Part shown: in pieces, positions 59,848 to 64,000 of the stretch
Layout of the letters: each line of letters begins with the position of its first letter
Numbering within the stretch: position 1 is the first letter of the stretch
Origin: Oceanispirochaeta sp.
Lineage (GTDB): Bacteria > Spirochaetota > Spirochaetia > DSM-2461
Assembly (NCBI GenBank): GCA_963666275.2
Contig: CAXXOA010000001.1
Location: 1,952,001 to 2,016,000, forward strand
Reading direction: 5' to 3'
DNA length: 64,000 nucleotides
Notes under the pieces: model-generated
What the model saw: only the letters and a program-made list of their open reading frames with translations
The model's database searches: none
What the model was told of the DNA's origin: nothing
Made by a program: the position numbers and the translations under genes

Positions 59848-60914
59848 ATAAAGGATTGACCATGAACATTCTGGAGAACCTGGAACAGATCCTCCCCCTG
59901 GATAGAATATCAATGAAGGAAGCTGAAAAACGATGGGACAGTTTAACCAAGCCTCCCCACAGCCTGGGAAAACTGGAGGATGTGGTGATTCAGCTGGCAG
60001 GGATACAGAAAAATTCCATGCCCCGTATCCATAAACGGACAGTGATCTGTTATGCCGCCGATCACGGAGTTGTTCATGAAGGAGTGTCTCCTTCAAAACA
60101 GATTGTCACAGCGGAAATGGTCAAGAATTTTGTAAACGGCGGCGCTGCGATCAGCGTGCTCTCCCGGGAAATCGGGGCTGAACTGATCGTGATCAATGCC
60201 GGCATGGCCAACAGGGTCAATCACCCCAGGGTGATTCAGAGACCCGTTGCTCCCGGCACAGCCAATATGGCGGAAAAAGCGGCCATGACCGAGTCTCAGG
60301 TCCATGCGTCTCTGCATCTGGGATACAGCGCTGCTGTTGAATCCATTAAAAGCGGTACGGATCTGATCATCACAGGCGAAATGGGTGTGGGAAACACAAC
60401 AGCCGCCAGTGCAATCTATGCCTGTATGACCGGTCTGGATCCTGCGGATGTGACAGGTACAGGAGCCGGTCTGCCCCCGGAAAAACTTGATCATAAGATT
60501 GAGGTTATCCGGAAGATTCTGGCACTGCACAATCCCTCTCCTGATGACCCTCTGAATGTACTCAGAACTGTCGGCGGATTCGAACTGGCTGCCATGGTGG
60601 GAACGATGATTGCCGGTGCGGTTCACAGATGCCCTGTCATTGTGGACGGTTTTATCTCAGGCGCCGCAGCCGTGATTGCCATGTCTTTACACAAGGGAGT
60701 GAAAGACTATCTTGTTTTTTCCCACAGCTCGGGAGAAAAGGGTTTTCAGGAAGTCTGCCGGACCTTCGGCATCATCCCGCTGGTGGATCTGAACATGCAT
60801 CTGGGAGAAGGCACAGGGGCTGTGATGATACTCCCCCTAATTGATAACAGTCTGGCCTGCTATCATCATATGGCTACATTTGAAGAAGCCGGAGTAACGG
60901 AGATAGATATCTGA
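59844..60914 (+). CDS. cobT: Nicotinate-nucleotide--dimethylbenzimidazole phosphoribosyltransferase (alternative start 59862)
   Basis: TKPPHSLGKLE, ADHG, GEMGVGNTT, GGFELAAM, LGEGTGA, MATFEEAGV. Confidence 0.96.
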   Translation: MNKGLTMNILENLEQILPLDRISMKEAEKRWDSLTKPPHSLGKLEDVVIQLAGIQKNSMPRIHKRTVICYAADHGVVHEGVSPSKQIVTAEMVKNFVNGGAAISVLSREIGAELIVINAGMANRVNHPRVIQRPVAPGTANMAEKAAMTESQVHASLHLGYSAAVESIKSGTDLIITGEMGVGNTTAASAIYACMTGLDPADVTGTGAGLPPEKLDHKIEVIRKILALHNPSPDDPLNVLRTVGGFELAAMVGTMIAGAVHRCPVIVDGFISGAAAVIAMSLHKGVKDYLVFSHSSGEKGFQEVCRTFGIIPLVDLNMHLGEGTGAVMILPLIDNSLACYHHMATFEEAGVTEIDI

Positions 60915-61708
60915 TGAAAAAACTGATTTACGCCCTGCGTTTTATGACGATTCTGCCGATTCCCTGGAAGGAGAATGAAGACCTTGTAAAGGTTTCAAGA
61001 TCTTCGGGAGTTTTCCCCCTGGTAGGCTTCATCATAGGCTTTCTGCTTGCCGCAACAGGACTACTCTTCCGCCACCTGCTACCCCTTCCGGTCATAGCGG
61101 TTACCCAGACACTGCTCTGGATATTCCTCACAGGAGGGCTGCACCTGGACGGCCTGTCTGATACTTTTGACGGCATCGGAAGCCGACAAGGCCGTGAAAA
61201 AACTCTGGAAATCATGAAGGACAGTAATATTGGCGCTTTCGGTGCCCTAGCACTGATTTCTCAGATCCTATTTAAGTACATCTTAATAAGCGAAATCAAT
61301 AAAATAGCCTTCTGGCTCATAATCATTCCTCCGGTCACAGGCCGATGGGGTCAGCTGATCAGCATTTACTACTATAATTCCGCCCGGGATTCGGGCATGG
61401 GGAAGTTTTTCCGGGACTATATAAGAAAATACGAACTTATACTGGGACTACTGATAACAGTGGCAGTGTATTGCCTGCTACTACCCCTGTCCGGTCTTCT
61501 CATTTTACCAATACATGCCCTTCTCATTGTAGTCATATCCTCCGGAGTTTCCAGAAAACTGGGAGGTTTGACAGGAGATGTCTATGGTCTGATCTGCGAA
61601 ACAGGAGAATCAGCAACACTGTTACTGCTGCTGTTGTATTATTCTATTATAGGAAGTCCGGTTTATTCAGAGGTTCTGAATCAACTCATCCATCTCTTTC
61701 TCCAGTGA
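60914..61708 (+). CDS. cobS: Cobalamin synthase
   Basis: TGGLHLDGLSDTFDG, IMKDSNIGAFG, GGLTGDVYG. Confidence 0.96.
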   Translation: MKKLIYALRFMTILPIPWKENEDLVKVSRSSGVFPLVGFIIGFLLAATGLLFRHLLPLPVIAVTQTLLWIFLTGGLHLDGLSDTFDGIGSRQGREKTLEIMKDSNIGAFGALALISQILFKYILISEINKIAFWLIIIPPVTGRWGQLISIYYYNSARDSGMGKFFRDYIRKYELILGLLITVAVYCLLLPLSGLLILPIHALLIVVISSGVSRKLGGLTGDVYGLICETGESATLLLLLLYYSIIGSPVYSEVLNQLIHLFLQ

Positions 61709-62395
61709 AGTGAAGACAAAATTGAATAGTTCCTCTTCGTACTCCACACCGTCAAAGACAGAAATATAGAGAGGATTTCCGGCAAATTCCCGTTTCTGTT
61801 CAAGAATACCCGAAACTTTAATACTATAGGCTCCCACCGAAAGTTCCATATCTTTCACAGGAGATGTCAGATACTCTTCCAGGTTTGTATGACAGGAGAA
61901 CGAAAGCGCTCTGGGACTGATGTCATGAAGACTGCCTTCCAGTGTCATTCCCTCACATTCGAAGGAAAAGTCACAGAGTTTGCGGCTGTAGCTGCCGAAA
62001 CGGACATACTCCCTTTTCCCATGGGAACCATTCTCATCAAGAATCGTCACCAGTTGTTCCAGAAGTTCATCTTCACTCTGGTTCAATGAGATATAGTCTT
62101 TAAACTGATCGCCGAAGGTGACGCTCTCATTAAAAAATGTATAGGCCTGGACCCCCTTATGGGCAGGCAGGATCGTATCATTGAAACTCTTCAGATCAAA
62201 ATCTTCGTAGGGATAATCGGTGTTCAGAAACAGGACGGCATCAGGAAAAGATTCCAGTAGAGGGATCAGTTTTTCAGTACTGTTTATCTTGTATATCTCA
62301 AACCCTTTTTCAAAGAGTTTTCTCAGTGTATTTTTTGCAAAATCTACTGGAGGATAGATAAAAAATACCTTTTTGCCCATATCGAACTGACTCAT
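61667..62395 (-). CDS. Protein with a C-terminal PilZ-like domain
   Basis: REYVR (RxxxR) and DISPRA (DxSxxG variant). Confidence 0.62.
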   Translation of the reverse strand: MSQFDMGKKVFFIYPPVDFAKNTLRKLFEKGFEIYKINSTEKLIPLLESFPDAVLFLNTDYPYEDFDLKSFNDTILPAHKGVQAYTFFNESVTFGDQFKDYISLNQSEDELLEQLVTILDENGSHGKREYVRFGSYSRKLCDFSFECEGMTLEGSLHDISPRALSFSCHTNLEEYLTSPVKDMELSVGAYSIKVSGILEQKREFAGNPLYISVFDGVEYEEELFNFVFTSLEKEMDELIQNL

Positions 62396-62466
62396 ATAAC
62401 CTCGCTGGAAAAAATTGTTACTACTATTATAATGTACATTAATAATTATTACAATTAATGTTCATT

Positions 62467-63132
62467 TCATGTGAGATAAAATACAAAACCCAGATAGAAT
62501 GCAATGCTTCCGCCCAGTACGAAAAGATGCCAGATAACATGACTCATGGGAATCTTTTTACTAATGTAGAAAATGATACCCAGGGAATAGAGGATCCCCC
62601 CCAGGAGCACCCACAGATTGAATCCCGCTGGCATGGCATCAATGAGAGGTTTTATGGCAATGATTATGGTCCATCCCATGGGAAGGTAGAATAGGTCTGA
62701 AATAAGATGCTTTTCCCGGAAAACCAGAGTTTTCAATAAAATCCCCAGGATGGCAAAACCCCATATAACTCCGAAGATTGACCATCCCCAGGCCCCTCCC
62801 AGTCCCAGAAGGGCAACAGGTGTGTAGGTTCCGGCAATAAGCAGATAGACCGCAGTCTGATCAAGAATCCTGAACCCTTTATTCACCCTGGGAATATCTG
62901 AAAACTGATGGGTCAGAGCAGATGAAAGGTAGAGAAGGATCTGAAAAGCCCCGTAAAGGCTGAACGAGACATAGGCAAGGGGTGTCCCTCCCCCCATACG
63001 GGTCAGAACAAGGAGATAGATGAATCCGGCGATGCTCATCCCGGCGCCTATACTATGGGTAAGAGAGTTGAGTTTCTCTTCTACTGTATGATCAGTCTGT
63101 TCATAATTTTTTACCATTGCTGTTACTTCCAT
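62467..63132 (-). CDS. Hemolysin III / PAQR family membrane protein
   Basis: EEKLNSLTH, SALTH, LLIAGTYTP, HVIWHLFV. Confidence 0.9.
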   Translation of the reverse strand: MEVTAMVKNYEQTDHTVEEKLNSLTHSIGAGMSIAGFIYLLVLTRMGGGTPLAYVSFSLYGAFQILLYLSSALTHQFSDIPRVNKGFRILDQTAVYLLIAGTYTPVALLGLGGAWGWSIFGVIWGFAILGILLKTLVFREKHLISDLFYLPMGWTIIIAIKPLIDAMPAGFNLWVLLGGILYSLGIIFYISKKIPMSHVIWHLFVLGGSIAFYLGFVFYLT

Positions 63133-63245
63133 AATAATGAATTATGAGGGATTCTGCTGAGATATCGTATAGTCATAATATACTAAAGCGAAAAGAAAAC
63201 AGGTATTAAAATGCACTAGTTTCTGCCATAGCCTATTCTAGGCAT

Positions 63246-63276
63246 AAAAAAAGGTTCTGCATAATGCAGAACCTTT
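63246..63276 (-). terminator. Rho-independent terminator after tRNA-Val
   Basis: Minus strand AAAGGTTCTGCA-TTA-TGCAGAACCTTTTTTT. Confidence 0.88.
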
Positions 63277-63282
63277 AAAAAT

Positions 63283-63356
63283 TGGGCGGCGGCGGACTCG
63301 AACCGCCGACCCCATGCGTGTCGAGCATGTACTCTAACCAACTGAGCTAGCCGCCC
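63283..63356 (-). tRNA. tRNA-Val(GAC); CCA not encoded
   Basis: GGGCGGCTAGCTCAGTTGGTTAGAGTACATGCTCGACACGCATGGGGTCGGCGGTTCGAGTCCGCCGCCGCCCA; upstream TTGACA-N16-TAAAAT. Confidence 0.93.
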
Positions 63357-63644
63357 TTGCGAGTCCCTATTTTACCGGGATTCAGAAGTTTGTCAATATT
63401 TAATGGAAATTAAATTTTTTCTACTGAAAGTTTTTTTGCTCCCCCGATCTCTTCCATACATTTAAGGCAGAAAAGGTTCTCTCACTCACATTTATTTGGG
63501 TATTGAACAAACTTTTTTTGTTTCACTATGAAATTATTTAATAGAAATTGTTGAATATTTAAACGATTGGATGTAGCTTTCCAATCGGTGCATTTATTTA
63601 CTGAAACCGATTTTATAAATATATAAGTGTATAAGGAATTTCAA

Positions 63645-64000
63645 ATGAAACTAAGGGATAAAATACTACTTCCTGTCAGCGCGATTCTTTTTCTTGGAAT
63701 GTTGAGCATAACTATTATACTGTTTCTCAATTCCAAAGAAGAAATTCAAAGAAATATTGTTCAGGAAATGAACCAGTTGTCTGAAATGCTAATCCGGGAT
63801 CTTGATGATTATCAGAGATCATCTCTGCAGGACGTGGAAATTTTCAGTGTAAGCCAGTTGTATACTAATATCTTTCTTGAAAATGATGAGAACTCCATTA
63901 AAAATGCCAATAGAGAACTCAGAGAGATTCAGCAGAGGCGTAGCGAATATGAAAGCATAGGGATAACCGATGGAACAGGCCTTGTTATAGCCTCGGAAAA
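63645..64000 (+). CDS. N-terminal part of a Cache-domain sensor, probably a methyl-accepting chemotaxis protein; runs off the window
   Basis: AAGGA SD; MKLRDKILLP, TM, long helix, then YESIGITDGTGLVIAS (dCache-like); no stop before 64000. Confidence 0.7.
   Translation, partial: MKLRDKILLPVSAILFLGMLSITIILFLNSKEEIQRNIVQEMNQLSEMLIRDLDDYQRSSLQDVEIFSVSQLYTNIFLENDENSIKNANRELREIQQRRSEYESIGITDGTGLVIASE

Overview
Gene-dense, mostly core-genome window of a spirochaete. The assignment to Spirochaetales is an inference from FlaB flagellin, spirochaetal lipoboxes, a BpuR-type protein and the gene orders. Housekeeping blocks: folK-scpA-scpB-rluB-cmk-rpsA followed by a GAF/sigma54 activator, a TPR protein and a CHASE2 adenylate cyclase; mreBCD-mrdA-rodA plus a radical SAM fusion; mltG-dnaG-rpoD-zinc ribbon-rnpB; a tRNA Tyr-Thr-Tyr cluster; flaB; cca; coaD-rpmF-acpP-rnc; ffh-rpsP-khpA-rimM-trmD-rplS; smc; and a cobinamide-salvage/nucleotide-loop operon (cbiB-cobD-cobU-cobT-cobS) whose cobD is frameshifted. 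I found no CRISPR array, IS element, integrase or prophage. The best candidate for an undescribed system is a translationally coupled five-gene trans-envelope phospho-signalling operon (49.2-54.9 kb): an unknown protein, a calcineurin-like phosphoesterase, a membrane Hanks kinase, a polytopic TM-FHA protein and a periplasmic vWA-TM-FHA-like protein. It is followed by a bacterial PUR protein with two tandem PUR repeats and a short SMC with no recognisable hinge. Other points: an unannotated 55-aa FlgM-like small ORF, several apparently leaderless genes, a 21x18-bp coding repeat and a tRNA-Val with C33. All calls come from motif recognition by eye; no database searches were run.
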